A stretch of DNA of 64,000 nucleotides from Girardia tigrina (Eukaryota), in assembly GCA_001938485.1 (NCBI GenBank), contig MQRK01245168.1, positions 15,050-79,049 of the forward strand, in the 5' to 3' direction. A model generated the notes under the pieces. The model was not told where the DNA came from, searched no databases, and was given only the letters and a program-made list of their open reading frames with translations. Position 1 is the first letter of the stretch. Every line of letters begins with the position of its first letter. Shown here piece by piece: positions 1 to 13,537 of this stretch. Both the position numbers and the translations under genes were made by a program.

Positions 1-596
1 TTTCAAGCAATTTTTGACAAGTTTCGAAACGCTTTTCGGCTTGAATTTGTGTCAATTCATGAGGCACTTCTCGACATCGTCTATTGACCTTGCCAAGAGC
101 GTGAAGTTGTCGTACAATGGATGTTTGAGGAATATCGAGTTTGGCCGACAATCTGTGAGTACTTATTGACGGATTTGTCTGGACGGTTTCACGAATTGCT
201 TCGGAATCTACGGTGATAGGTCGGCGTGAACGTGCATTGTCTCTGATGTCAATGTCGCCTTCGTTGAACCTTTTGAATCAATTTTGTGCAGTACGATTTG
301 AGACCACATTATCGCCTTCAACTTCGCATATCTTCTTTGTTGCTGCAGTTGCGTTTAAGCCCTGTTTCCAGTAATGGCGTAAAAGAACACGAATTTCAAA
401 ATTTTCCATGATTTTTCTAAAAGACCATAAAAATTATATTAACGACTAATTAGAAGTTTTAATATATATTGTCATGGAGCAGTTCAAGAGCTTTAAAAAC
501 ATATAACACATGTATATAAAATATCTTTATTTGGTAATAAGAAACAATTGAACAAAAAGACGTAGAAAATACGAAAAGACTTTTGGTTCACCATAA
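1..596 (-). mobile_element. mariner element, 5' part, truncated by the window edge; defective transposase
   Basis: Near-identical to 52560-53132. Transposase ATG at 409 (MENFEIRVLLRHYWKQG..., HTH region, EVPHEL motif) with an in-frame TGA at a Trp position. TIR ...AAAATACGAAAAGACTTTTGGTTCACCATAA is followed by TA. Confidence 0.92.
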
Positions 597-599
597 TAG

Positions 600-1900
600 T
601 ACAATTATAAAATCTTCTCTCGAGGAAATTTAATTACTCAATATTTTGAATTTATCAATTCTGGTAAGTATACAAATAAAAATTTTATTACGTAAAAGAT
701 AATATAAAAATAATATTTTTAGAATCTATTTATATTTTATGAATTTTTAACGACTTTCTAATTATTATAATTTTTAAAATATTGATTTTATATTTTATAA
801 TTATATTATTTCTTGATTTTTTTAAAATTATTATTTACTTTCAGCATCCACGAAAAATAAATTAATTTATCAAATGTGTCTTGTATCATTCGATTATAAT
901 TAAATATTTAAACACAAATATTACTAAGTAAATTATAATATATAAAATATATTTTTGAAAAAATACCTAATTTATTAAAACAGTCATCTATATCAATTTT
1001 ATTTTTTTTGGTAATTTAATATTTTTTTTAACATTTTTTTTATACTTATAAGAATTTTTAATTATTTTTGTCAAATTATTATTTTCTTTCTCTGAACCTT
1101 TTTTAAAATAATACAATAAAGAATTTTTTTCTCGATAAAAGTACCTTTATCTAAATCAATTTCTTACTTATTATAATTTTTGAAATATTTCAAAATATTG
1201 ATTTTATTTTTTTATAATGATAAGAATTTTCAATTATTTTATTGTGTTCAAATTATTATTTTCTTTCGAGGATGGCCTTTAATATAATACAAAAAATAAA
1301 TTATTCAAAGTCATTTTTTATTGATTGATTATTCAAAATGTTCAAACTAACTTTATTAAGTCCAAACTTTATTTTAATATACAAATAATATATTATTATG
1401 ATTTGATTAACTATTTTTTCTGACTATTATAATATTTAGGTCAAATTATGATTTAGTTTCTTACATAACTCTGTAAAATAATCTAAAAAGGAATTATTTT
1501 CTCGAAAACAATTAAATATTAAAAATCGAATTTTATTAATCGGTTATCGACAATATTCATACACATATTTTATGAAGTATCTATAATACAAAAATAATTC
1601 ATTTTGATGATTTAATTAACTACATTTTCTAATTATTATCATTTTTGAAATATTAATGATTAAATATTGATTTTATTATTTTATAATCCATATTTTAAAT
1701 CGACTTAATTATTTCCTTCCGCAAATCTTTATAAAATAATACAATTTGGAATTTGTTTCTCTCGAAAAAAATTTAATCATTCGAAATTGATTTTTTATTG
1801 ATCGATTATCAACAAATTCAAACACAAATTTTATTGATTACAATAAATAATATAAAAATAATGTATTTGAACAAAGAATATATTTATTAAAACAGTCAGG
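600..1900. repeat. degenerate AT-rich tandem duplications downstream of the G-gamma gene
   Basis: Recurring motifs: AAATATTGATTTT near 777, 1193 and 1662; CTCGA near 619, 1131, 1501 and 1761; TTTATTAAAACAGTCA near 971 and 1883. Confidence 0.5.
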
Positions 1901-1908
1901 TAAATCAA

Positions 1909-2133
1909 TTATAAAATTATACAGGATTTCTTTTCCAAAAAAGGATTTTCTTTCAATGGATGAAGTAGCGGATCGCTATTCGCATTGCTGTAGCAATACT
2001 CCATGAAATCGTTGATTGTTTTACTTAATTGAAGCCTCTCCAATTTCAAAATATTTTTCAAGTATTCCAGTTCACGAGTTTTCATGTCGATTTCATTTTG
2101 TCGGGGATTTTCTTCGGTTACTGTTGCAGACAT
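1909..2133 (-). CDS. GNG: heterotrimeric G-protein gamma subunit (GGL domain), single coding exon, 74 aa
   Basis: LKLERLQLSKTINDFMEYC...DPLL...ENPF.EKK matches the G-gamma consensus. Ends in the CaaX prenylation motif CIIL followed by TAA. Confidence 0.95.
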   Translation of the reverse strand: MSATVTEENPRQNEIDMKTRELEYLKNILKLERLQLSKTINDFMEYCYSNANSDPLLHPLKENPFLEKKSCIIL

Positions 2134-2610
2134 AACTGTTAAAATTGAAGTTTGAAATAAATGTTGTTATTTACTTATTACTATTAAATAAGTTAGTTCA
2201 ATAAAACAAATGTCGAAAATATTTTTGAAAATCGATTAATATTTAAATTAATTTTTTTAATTGCTAGAAAGAATTCTCGTAATTTCAAAATCATTTTTTA
2301 TCTTTTTTAAGTAAACTTTTCTAATTAAAGGTAAATATTTTCTAATTGAAATAATACCAGTAATATAATTGGTGTTTGATCTGAGTACTTCTAAAAAATC
2401 TTTGAATTAAGTTTTTTTATTTTTTTAAAATCCTTCAAGTATAATTACTACATATTGATATTGTTAGATATTTCATTTATTTCGAAATTTAATGTTTTAT
2501 TTATCTGTTAAGAATTTATAATTAAAACTAGTGATTTATAATTTTAAAGGGACTGTTATAATTAAAAAAAGTTAGTGCTCTAAAATCTGGTAAAATATAG
2601 ATCATATTAA

Positions 2611-2842
2611 CCCTACAATGCGCAATTTTTTTAATTATCATAAAAAAATATGCCAGTATTACAAACTGAACTGTCATTTTTGTTGACAAAATATATTGCA
2701 TCTATGACTTTATGGGCAGTTATCATTCCATAGACAATGTTTTTGGTTCACAGTATGTAAACACTCAAAGAATATCACGTGATTAAAAGATATTGAGGTA
2801 AAATATGGTTGATTCAAATATGAATCACGGCGCATTGTAGGG
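2611..2842. mobile_element. piggyBac-type MITE (232 bp)
   Basis: TTAA|CCCTACAATGCGC ... GCGCATTGTAGGG|TTAA: 13-bp perfect TIR with TTAA TSD. Confidence 0.88.
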
Positions 2843-3915
2843 TTAAAATACACTTTGTCAGTTATGTATAAACAAGCTATATTCAATATTTTATCGATTT
2901 GATTTTTCATAATTATTATCACTCATTTCGTGAAATCCGTTTATGTCTCGTGATTTGCTAGCTCTGTTTTTTTATCACCGCTGTCTGTTTTGTTAGATAC
3001 GAAGGGTCAAAAGGATTTAATGACTGATTTGCACTAACAAAAGAGATTCTATGGAATAAAATCTCTGCTCAAATTTCTAGATTTAAATTAGTTACTGATT
3101 ATATTAAATCGCTTATTTTGTGATTCAGTTAAGTGAATTAATTATTTAAAAATTTAATTAATTAAATCGAAATCAATTTACAACACAATACTTATAAAAA
3201 TATTTTTATTAAAATATTTATAAAAATATACACGATTACAATTAATGTTAAAAAAGTATATATAAAAGTAATATCCTTTAGTAACTTGTTGGATATTATG
3301 TGACTGGGAAACACCGTTCGTCGGTCTCAGTTAATTGAAAGATATATAAATAGGAATTATTATTTTAATATATTATTGATTTATACTTACTAATTTATAA
3401 AAGTTGAAATAAATATTTTATTATAAATTCTAAGGAAAAAATAAATGATTCTAACCGATTATCAAACAACCGCAAATTTCCTCCAAATGAAATCACAAAT
3501 TTTTCCTTTTAACTGGAACTGTACGGCCAAAAATTCAAAACATCTGTAAGTTCTTCTTCAATTGGAAATTACAATTTTTTTAACTGAATTACATGGCTAA
3601 AATTTCAAAACAACTGTAAGTTCTCAAGGCTAAAATTTCTTGACTGAGGACCAAATTTCTTGAAATAATTAAATGGAATGCTGCAAAACTGATTCGGAGA
3701 AAACTGCTTGAATAATAACCAATATATGCAAGCTGAATATTTTTAAAAATTTATCAATTTTAATCCTTGAAATGTTTTCTTATATAGGACGCAAAAACGC
3801 GTGGTCAACATAATGCTCAGGACCTTATTTTATAAGGTTATAAATGTTGGCGTATCGAGGTGATTTGATTAAGTATAAAGTGAGTATAAAAATGAGTATA
3901 AAATAAGTATAAAAG

Positions 3916-5824
3916 TTTCTGACACCCTCGCTGACTTAAACTATATAAACATGTCACTCCCCCTTCCTTGGCAAAAACTGCATGCATACATGTTATTTGA
4001 ACACTCTAAATTTTTCTTTAACTTTAGAAACTCATTCATTCCATTTGGCAAGTTAACAGAGTCCGTTACAGGATGGGATATCAACATTAGGAGATTTTTC
4101 AAGGATGTACTAGGAGTACTTGACAACACATCAACACCATACATCTATGTGTCTCGTTCCAATGGAGGAGTTGGAATGTCTTCTGCCATAGATGAATATA
4201 TAATCCAATCCATCAGTCAATCATATTACATGTTAATCTCCACTGACCCAAATATTTCAGAACCTGCCAATGTCACATTTAGACGCTCTTTACCAGATAG
4301 ATCTGTTGGTTTTGATGATGTATTAAGCTGGCTAAACACTTACAATAAAAAACGTAACTCATGGTGGAATAAAATGCAACCGGCCATCCATGTATTCAAA
4401 GACACCCATGAAGTTGAAATATGATTTCTTTATAGCTAGCAGAATAGTGATAGCTATAAAGAAAGATACCCTAGAGTAGTGATATCAATCTCACAGAATG
4501 TTGGTAGGAAAGTGACTCTTGAGACTATTAATTCTAACAATAAGGATAAATTAACTAAAATCTTAAGGAATTGTGTGTCGAAATCCTATTTGGATCAGTG
4601 GGATAAGCAGAATAGTGCTGGTAGATATTCAGTGGCTCTATCACAATCTGCCTACTCTACCTCACCAATATATAACGGTCGACTCTCAATTGCTGAATGG
4701 CAATTTATTCATCAAGCACGCTCATACACTATTCCTGTTAGGTGCAGACCGGATGTAATTGTTCGCATTCCTTATCGTCGAGGTTGCTCTAAAGATGAGA
4801 CTCTTGCTCATGTGTTGGTTGGCTGTAATTTCTTGAGTAACTTCTGGAATGCACGACACAACGCTGTGCTTGATATCTTCGCTACTGAGATTAAAGCACA
4901 CTCGGGTGGCGTAGTACAAGTGAATGAAACCTATCGGTATGTTCCTTCCACGAAGCGTATTGATTTGCAAATCTTCTTTGAACCAATAAATACTTTGTTC
5001 CTTCTTGACGTAAAATGTCCCTATGATCCCATGCACAATCTTGAGAATGCTGACCGAAAGAATGTGAACAAATATTTCCCCTTAATGTTGCAAATTAAAG
5101 ATATGTGTGGTTACAAAGTCTTCCTTGACACAATTATTGTTGGTGCTCTTGGTGCATGGTGGGTTCACAATGAGGATATCCTGGATGACCTTAATTTATC
5201 ATTTAGAAAAAAACCATAGCCATTGCCTGCGTTGAGTCCAACATTGGTTGGTCCTACCGTCAATGGGAAGCCTTTCAGGATCCGCGAAAACAGAAGAACA
5301 CACACAGATATGAAGATGTAATGCAAGATCCAAATGCCGGCTTCGAAGTCCTTCAAGAAGGGCCCATTTTTGATGAGTGCGACTCTGACTCTGTGTTTGG
5401 AGAGGATCACGGGTTATGGTAGTTGTATGTTTAACATTCTGAGGAATCATATTAGTATTGGGATCAAGATTTTGAATGTTTGTGTTATAGACAATGACCC
5501 AACTTAAGTGTGTTCACTTGAGTTGAACTGCTATGTATGGCAGAGGTGAGAGCTTTTTATGCATGTTGGATCCCAAGTTCTATAACTCAGTTTATTTGGT
5601 ATCACGATTGCTGTCTTCTGTGTTTCTGCTTTGAACATAGAAGAAGATGAACGCTTGCAATTGTCTGCTCTCTTGCTCTGCAAAGTTCCAGTGCTGATAA
5701 TTAGGAGTCCCTCTCACTTTCTCTTCTTTGCCCCCCTTCACCTTCCACTCAGAAAATGTGCCGTAAAGCACTAAAAATAAATTGTAACAAATCACTGTGT
5801 TTACAATAAACATTTCGCAAAAAA
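3916..5824 (+). mobile_element. 5'-truncated RLE-type non-LTR retrotransposon (NeSL/R5/Utopia-like), decayed
   Basis: ORFs 3951-4424 and 4479-5219 carry post-RT motifs (LPWQKL, YVSRSNGGVG), a degenerate CCHC knuckle (YRRGC..ETLAHVLVGC) and restriction-like endonuclease motifs (RHN, RIDL, DVKCPYD, KY, IIVGALGAW). About 500 bp of 3' UTR ends in AATAAA and a short A-tract. Confidence 0.88.
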
Positions 5825-6150
5825 ATTGAAGATTTATCCCTAAATATTCATTTGCTATATTACAATAATTTACAAGTTATTTTAGAACAAAAACTTAAGT
5901 CTTATAGAATTATTTTGTAATTTTGGTAAAAAGAGAAGATTATTCTCGAATTATTTTAAAAGGTATATAAAAAATATGTTAATCAAATATATATTAATAT
6001 AAAGTTCATCCACAAAATAATTAAAGAAATAAAAATAATAAACAATAAACACATTTTATTTATTTCCCCAGCATTTTTGTAATTATTGGACTCTACTAAT
6101 ATAAGTTCTCGATCATCCGTCGCTCTTCTGATTTACGATATGTATCTAAT

Positions 6151-7006
6151 GGTACCCCGACAAAAGAGCCCTGACAAAATCGTCCACTTTTTGAAATTTT
6201 TGTTTAAATTCTTAACAGAACAAATTCTTAAATGAATTAATTTTGAAAGTCAAAAAAAATTTTTAACGAGAAAAATCTTTTACTTAGAAACATTATAAAA
6301 TTAGAAAGAACGACATTTTTTGAACACTTAAAAAAATGTGATGCACAAAACAATATAAATAAAATTACAAATTGAAGCTACATCATGGTACAAAAATGTA
6401 TAATTTGTTTTCCATCAAGAAATTTTCCATCCACTTTAATAGACGTTCTTGAATATTGTAATTATTTCCCTAATTATTTTAAGGATAATTATATTGAAAG
6501 AATGAGGCGCAACCGTCGAGTATTACCAATGTTTCCATTAAACGTTTGGAATAGGTTTGGTAGAGTTAATAGTGATTTGCCGCGTACAAATAATTCAGTT
6601 AAAGATTGGCATAAAGCCTTTCAAAAAACCATGGAGTGCAACCATCCCTCAATTTTTAAAATAGTGAAACATTTTTAAAAAGAACAGAATCAAATGGAAA
6701 TAGAATATGAACGTTTTCAAGCCGGATTTCGGCGACCAGAAGCTTAGAAAACAAATATGTAAGCCTAAACAAACGGATAAAAATATTAACAGAAAATTAA
6801 CGCTATTATTCATACTATCATTATATTGTTTAAATCCAAAATAATATAAATTTTACAAAATTATTTTTATAAAAATTCAAAAAGTCCTATAATATTTGGG
6901 ATTTAAACAATATAATAATAGTAGAAATAATGATGCTTTCTGTTAAGAATTTAAACAAAATTTTCAAAAAGTGGGTGCTTTTGTCAGGGCGCTTTGTTGG
7001 TGGTTT
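6151..7006 (+). mobile_element. MULE/Mutator deletion derivative
   Basis: ~70-bp imperfect TIRs (GCCCTGACAAAA...TTTAAATTCTTAACAGAA). ORF 6385-6678 has the MULE C-terminal signature YF.DNY...FP..VWN...PRTNN...WH..F....HPSIF. Confidence 0.85.
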
Positions 7007-7739
7007 ATAAATTTATTGCTAGGTATAAATAATTGAAGTATTGTTTGAATAATTTTGTTTAAAAAAATATATTGATGTGAATATAATTAAATTAATTTGA
7101 AGGCTGCGTTGTTTGTTCGTAGCTCGAACCCAGCTCAATAATTGATACTGTTAAATTTATTGCAATTGAGATCAACTACGAATATTTTAGGAATTTATAT
7201 TTGATAATCAAAAGGTACACTTTCCAAATAAATTATACACAACCAAATAAACAACAATTGATGTTGAATAATTAAAATTGAACTGTTGATAACTTCTAAG
7301 TTAATATTTTTGTTTTTATATTTTTCTGTTTTTTTTACATTAAAAATTTTAAGGGTATTTATACCCAATTCTAGCTTATATAAAAAAATATAGACAGATA
7401 TAGAAATTTCTTTAATTAAAAATTTAAGTTATTTAAATTATTTTTTCATTTATTTTTTTATTTTCATTATTATTTATTATTTGAAATTGATTTATACCAA
7501 CATGTGGTAATAATTAAATGATAGTTTGGGATTTTTTCTCATAATTTGTTCCTAAATACTAATTATACTTGGGTAAGATCACACGCGATTGAAGTTCATC
7601 GCCCAAGTAGAATTTTTTTTCATTTCTATTTTTTGCAATTGACAGATAAGTAAGTTTTTTATATAGTAATATTAATAATATAAAAAATATATAAAAATAT
7701 AGAAATTTCTTAATTAAAAATTTAAGTTATTTAAATTAT

Positions 7740-8200
7740 TTAAATAATAATAATAATAATAATCACAGTAAAAATAATAATACTTATAATAATACTAAAT
7801 ATAATTATAATAAAATTAAAAGTAATAATAATGATAATATTAACACTAATAATAATAGTAATTATACTTAAATTTTGATAATAATAATAAAAAGAATAAT
7901 AATAATAATATTAATAATAATAATAATAATTCTAATAATAATAGTAATAATAGTAATAATAATATAATAAAAATAATTATGATAATGATAAAATTAACAA
8001 TTATTAACAATAATTATAATAGCAATAACACAACTAATAATAATAATTAAATTAAAACTAATGATTATTATGATAAAAATAATTTGATTAATAGTTATAA
8101 AGATATTAATTATAATAATATTATTGATATTAATAATAATTTTAATAATAATTATGGTAAGCATGATTTTTATACTAATAATTTTAAATAATTATAATAG
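7740..8200. repeat. degenerate (TAA)n microsatellite
   Basis: About 450 bp dominated by AAT/TAA triplets. Confidence 0.85.
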
Positions 8201-8562
8201 TGATATCATGTCACTTTAAAGTTGCTAGACGATCGTCCACCGTCCTTGAACTTAATGCTCAAACCATGAACGACCGAGAAGCAACTCAGTCATCTTTACT
8301 TTTATTTATGAATATTTTATTTTTTTTATATTTTAAAAACTGTTTATATTTTATTTTAATATTTTAAAAATTAATTATTAGTTTAGGGAACCCCAACAGC
8401 TTTTGTCGGTTCACTGTATCTAATTATATCATTGCCGTCGAGCTTCACACTGACTAGACTCTAATGACTTGATTCCGTATGATTATATGAACTGTTCTTT
8501 ACCTTTTTTAAAGTTAACACTTTATTAAATGCTGAAAGAATTTTTCTCCCTGTCGTCATACT

Positions 8563-9288
8563 TGTTAGGGTATCGAGGAGATATTTAAATTAAAACGAAA
8601 AATCAAAAAAGAAGTTCTTTCAATAAAATATTTATTGAAGATCAAAATATTTACACAGATTTTTAAAATAACTTAATCTTATTTATTAGAATTTATAGGT
8701 TGAGTAGAAAGGAGAAACGAAATTCGCTTACTCCTAGGTGATTTTAAATATATATAGAAAATATATTAATTGAAAATATATATAACTTATATCAATTCGC
8801 ACTTTGATTTAGTCGATGTTCGCCGGATGATCAAATTCAAGTTTTTTTCTCTTTTTTTTCAATGTTCTATTAACACAGTCACTTTTATATAACGATGTGT
8901 AATAAATCAACTCTGCGGGTGGTTACAGTTATGTAAATCTGTAAATTCTTTGAATCCTTGATCGAATAATTAAGATCAATTAAGACTTTCTAATTAAGGC
9001 TTTCTTCTTATCAAAATTTATTCGCTTTTCTCTTAAAACCTTCTTCTTTTTATATCATTCATCTTAATTTGAATTCTTCTTATTTAGTTTTAAAAGTACT
9101 TTATTTATTTTCTTATTAAAAAATATTACTCTACTCCATCTTAATTGTTTACCCTTTAAGTATTTTTTTTATTTAGTTATTTATATATAAATTATATTTA
9201 ATATGATAAATAGATAAATAATTTCCTATTATATCTATTAATGAAAAGAAAATTTTTTTTACTACTTTTATTATTTATTATCCCAACA
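8563..9288. mobile_element. solo LTR-like element (726 bp) with 4-bp TSD
   Basis: TACT|TGTTAGGG ... CCCAACA|TACT. It appears to interrupt a decayed hAT-like fragment: the joined minus-strand flanks read MKSMTTGRKILSAFNKVL. Confidence 0.7.
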
Positions 9289-10205
9289 TACTCTTCATTT
9301 TAAATTGATTGAGAAATGAATTTGTCTTCATCTTAGTCGTGAATTTTCATTAACCCCAGCATCTGGATGAGCTTTCATATTGTTATACCTAAAATACATT
9401 CACGAATCATCTTTTTCGAAGCATTGATTTAGTTGTTTAGTAATTTCTGTGACACTCCAAGTTTGTGATTTCAATGAGATTTCGTCAAGCTATGTTTTAC
9501 TTTTATATTTTCCCTCAACTGCATCTGAAATAATATGAGTATATGTTTTCGCATTTTATCGATTTTAATCTATAATTTCAAAGAGAAAGCTTTGGGAAGA
9601 AAAGTGACGCGACAAATGTTTTAGAAACGTCCTTTGTAACGCCAGAATTTGGGACTTCAATTGAAAATTGCGGTTTGGCATTAAGGACTGATCTGTTGAA
9701 GTTGATACACAGAGAGAAAGTGTAAAAATTAATGCTTCTTTAGGCGATGCAAGTTCTAAAACGCATAGGAGCTGGAAAGAATAAAGAAGCGCACATAAAT
9801 TAGTAGTTGAATCAATTCACAATGACAAAAGACACACACTGTGTCAAATTATTCAAAAGGATCAAAAATGACTTAACCGCTTTTTTGATAATGTCATATT
9901 TACTGAAAGGGAAATGACAAATCACGAACACCGATCACAGGGAGAGTGACGATTTGATTTAGAAAGCTGAGATTACTGAGTTCGGAGAATTTTCGCCGAC
10001 TATACATGAATTATCAAAAATCAATAACTTCGATGATGACTATCTCCGGGTTAGAGTGCACTCTTATGATCTAGCGTGCTCCTGAACCCATTGTAAACCT
10101 TGTTACAATTAACAGTAAATTTGCGTTACTTCTGTTTGGACCTTCATTAGTCCATAACAATTGGTTTCTTAAAAATTCATTCATAAATGAAATCTATACG
10201 TTTAA

Positions 10206-10441
10206 CCTTTAACCGGATAGAATGTTTTTGTAACATAAACGGATAGAAGAGTCAGAAGGACTCTTAAGCTGAAAATTGAATGTATACATAAGAAATCCTC
10301 GAAAATCCGAACATTCTTTTAATAAAATTCATGATTAGTTAAAAAAAAGTGCTAGAAAATTGAATTTGAATTAGTATTTTTATTTTGATTTACGTACGGT
10401 TAGTAAAAAGAGTCCAAAAGACTCTTCTATCCGTTTAAAAG
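10206..10441. mobile_element. piggyBac-type MITE (236 bp)
   Basis: TTAA|CCTTTAACCGGATAGAA ... TTCTATCCGTTTAAAAG|TTAA, plus the internal subterminal inverted repeat TAAACGGATAGAAGAGTC. Confidence 0.82.
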
Positions 10442-11529
10442 TTAAGCATGAGCTTTTTATTTTTAAAGTGGCATATTTATACTTAAATTGAAATTTTTAT
10501 GGGTTAAAGCCACCATAGAGTTAAGACTTACTAATTGAACTAAGGCCGTTTTAAAAACAAACGGTTCAAATAATGGATTTTTAATAAAGTTCTACATTCA
10601 CAAGTAAAAAAATTCTAAATTTTGCAAGGGCTATAAATATAAGGGCCAAATTTTGTAGATTTTACAATTTTTATGAAAACATTTTACCGTTTTCTTCATC
10701 TGCAAATTGTACGCATTCTGCCATAATGAGATCTAAATCGCAAAAATATTATAATAGATGTGTCGCTCTTGTGACATTAATTAGTCGTACTCTGTAAGCA
10801 ACTTTAAGCATCTCTAAATTGTGGATGAAAAACTCCATCTTATCATATTTAATTTAAAAATAAAATATATCGACATTAAACATTTTGTTTTATCGTATCA
10901 ATATCAATTTTCAGTTTTATTCCGAATTTTCAAAATTGCGATCTCAACCGAAGATTTAATGTGTGAAATTTTTAATTTGGATCACATTGCCGATTTAAAG
11001 GAATTAGAGTGCTACTGTACGTTCTAAAATCGTAATTCAAACATCTTCAATGATATTTTAGGCAGTGAATTTTATCCAAAACTCGGTTTATCTCACAGGT
11101 TGATTGTTTTAATTTCTTGTAAAAAAGAATTCAACAATTTTTTTATCGGATTGTAAATGAAAGTCTTTCGGCTGTTGTTACCGATTCCAACTACCGTATT
11201 TTTCAATGTGCTGAAAAGATATTTACCAACATTAAGATCGATGTTGTTCACTAATTCATCACGGGTTTTCTTCTGAATATTCTTTCATTGAGAAATAATT
11301 TCTGATTGTTTGTGTAAATATTATAAGGCAGTCTAGATGACGAATTAAATTATGTTACCGAAATCGCCTCTAAATAATTGTTATAAATGAAGAAAATTAT
11401 TCCTAAAATAACAATGATAAGTTGTATTAAAATTTAAACTCTAAACGGAAAGAAATAAAAAAGAGCTGAATAACAATCACGACAAAAGAAGTTAGGCCCG
11501 AGTATGGATCAACTAAATAATGTTACTTA

Positions 11530-11975
11530 GGGACCGTCCATAAATTATGGCAAGCAGGAGGGGGAGCAGAATTTTATGAAGAAATGTGACGAGGGGGGGG
11601 TGATTTGTGAAATGTGACGAGGGCAGGGGTGATTTGTGAAATGTGACGTCACATCGAAATGATGCATGCGCTTCGATCCACCAAATTATTAGTCTACTCA
11701 TCAGCTTTTATCATTAGTTTAATGATGAAAAAAACATAACTTCTTCTTAAAAAACGAAGGCTATACGTATGTATAATGCGTATCGTTTTTGTGATAGAAT
11801 TTATTAAAAACATATTTGTTTAGCACTTTACGATAACAAAAGGAAATTGTAAGAGTGGGTCAGAGCTTTGTGACGTCATATGTAATGAAGGGTAAGGCTT
11901 TTTTGGACGAAATGTTATGAGGGGGAGGGGGTGGGAATCTGCTAAAGTCGCATGACGTCATTTTTGGACAGCGCC
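11530..11975. mobile_element. PIF/Harbinger-type MITE
   Basis: TTA|GGGACCGTCCATAAAT ... ATTTTTGGACAGCGCC|TTA, with G-rich subterminal repeats GAAATGTGACGAGGG. A degraded partial relative lies near 44700-44920. Confidence 0.75.
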
Positions 11976-12137
11976 TTATTTGAAAACTTGATAATTGAAT
12001 TTGATATGAATAAGTTCTAAGCGAAATTCTGTTGGTCTTTTAATTTTGAGTTTATTTGTGATGAGTTGTTGATGGAGGAAGACGCTGAAAGACAACTCCG
12101 ATGAATTGGATAAATTGTTCCGTTAATTTATGGATGG

Positions 12138-13057
12138 TGGACAGGAAGCCGTGTCTCCGCGATATTTTAGAAAGAGAAGAATTGTTTTTCATTGTGCATG
12201 TCGGTTGAAAAGTGCTTTTCATTTCATTGAACAAAATATTCAGCGGAATCCCATCTCGTTTACGCAATTCAAATGTGGCGATATCCCAACCGAGAAAATG
12301 ATGACACGCATCTTTATCTGTCAGGAAAACTTAGAGTGATAGCGCACTCTTTTTCGATGTTATGATAAATATAGGCATCAATTTTAAATTGGCTGAGCAA
12401 ATGACTTTCAGTTGTTCATCTTTATATTGGCTTTTAACTTCACGTCCGAATTTTTCCCACATTTTCATTATAATTTTTTTTAATTTATTTTCATATATTT
12501 AAATCACCGTAAAATCGAATCAAGAGAACTTTTTTTGAAACTTATATTTTTTTTGAAATTGAAAAATTGTGATTAAAACTCACATTTCAAAAAAAATAAC
12601 ACACATACTCAACCAATCACAGTTCATTTTTACATATCAGACTTTAACACACATGCATTCAGACACTCACACAAACACACATACATACACAAACATACAC
12701 TGAGGTAGAAAACTTAACATAAAAAATAGGCTCACCATTAATTATACATTATTCAAATATCGAGACAAAGATATGATGCAATCCTTAATCAATTTCTCCA
12801 ACCAATTCAAATTATTTCTCTCTCCTGTGATAATAATTCATCATATTAAAATTACTTTTCATTCAAATCACTTTACTTTATTCGACTTAATTATTTATTA
12901 TTTATTTAAATTATTTATTTTATTTATTAATTTTTATTTAATTTAATTTATTTATTTTCTTTTATTTAATTGGTTAATTAAAAGTATGATTTATTTAATT
13001 ATTTTAATTTCTGAAACTGGCAAAAATGTTCGGTCAAATTGGCAATTCTCCGCTCCA
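12138..13057 (-). mobile_element. TGGA...TCCA element (solo-LTR-like), copy 1, 920 bp
   Basis: Perfect 5-bp TSD GATGG (12133-12137 and 13058-13062). Both termini match the insertion at 30969-32167 in opposite orientation. Confidence 0.85.
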
Positions 13058-13537
13058 GATGGTATCGCGAAATTTAATAAAACATATCCACATAAAATCC
13101 AAGAAACAAATAGAAATGTACGCAATTTGTGAATTGATACAATTTTGAATTGGAATCTCAAATCTCGTCGATTAAAAATCAAATATCGAGCACACACCAA
13201 GTCCATGGTGACGATCGTATATTCAACATCATTCAAGCAATATGCCAGTCGTTCTAAAGACGTCTGAATTGAATTCCAGGCTTTATTGGGTAGCAAACTT
13301 TCCGCAAAAATCCAACTTGAACACTAAGCTTCTTGTTGTAAAAGACATTTATTCAAAGTTTTTCTATCTATTTTAAATTTTGTCTCATTTTTAAACTTTT
13401 GATCTTCAAGTAGAAAAATAAATCTTTTTCAAAAAAATTTTATGATGTATTGTTGTTACATATTTTATTTATGGCAATTTTTTATTATAAAAAATCTTTA
13501 TCAAAAAATTTGTTATTGTGTTAATTATATTAAATAC

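Noticed and set aside
7100-7214. Candidate upstream BBS12 exon (LEPSSIIDTVKFI...LYLIIK)
   Set aside because: The donor is phase 2 but the next exon needs phase 0. It fits only with a homopolymer error, and similarity is weak.
13058-13072. TGGTATC after the TGGA...TCCA element as a tRNA-Met primer binding site
   Set aside because: It overlaps the TSD and host flank, and the match stops after 7 nt.
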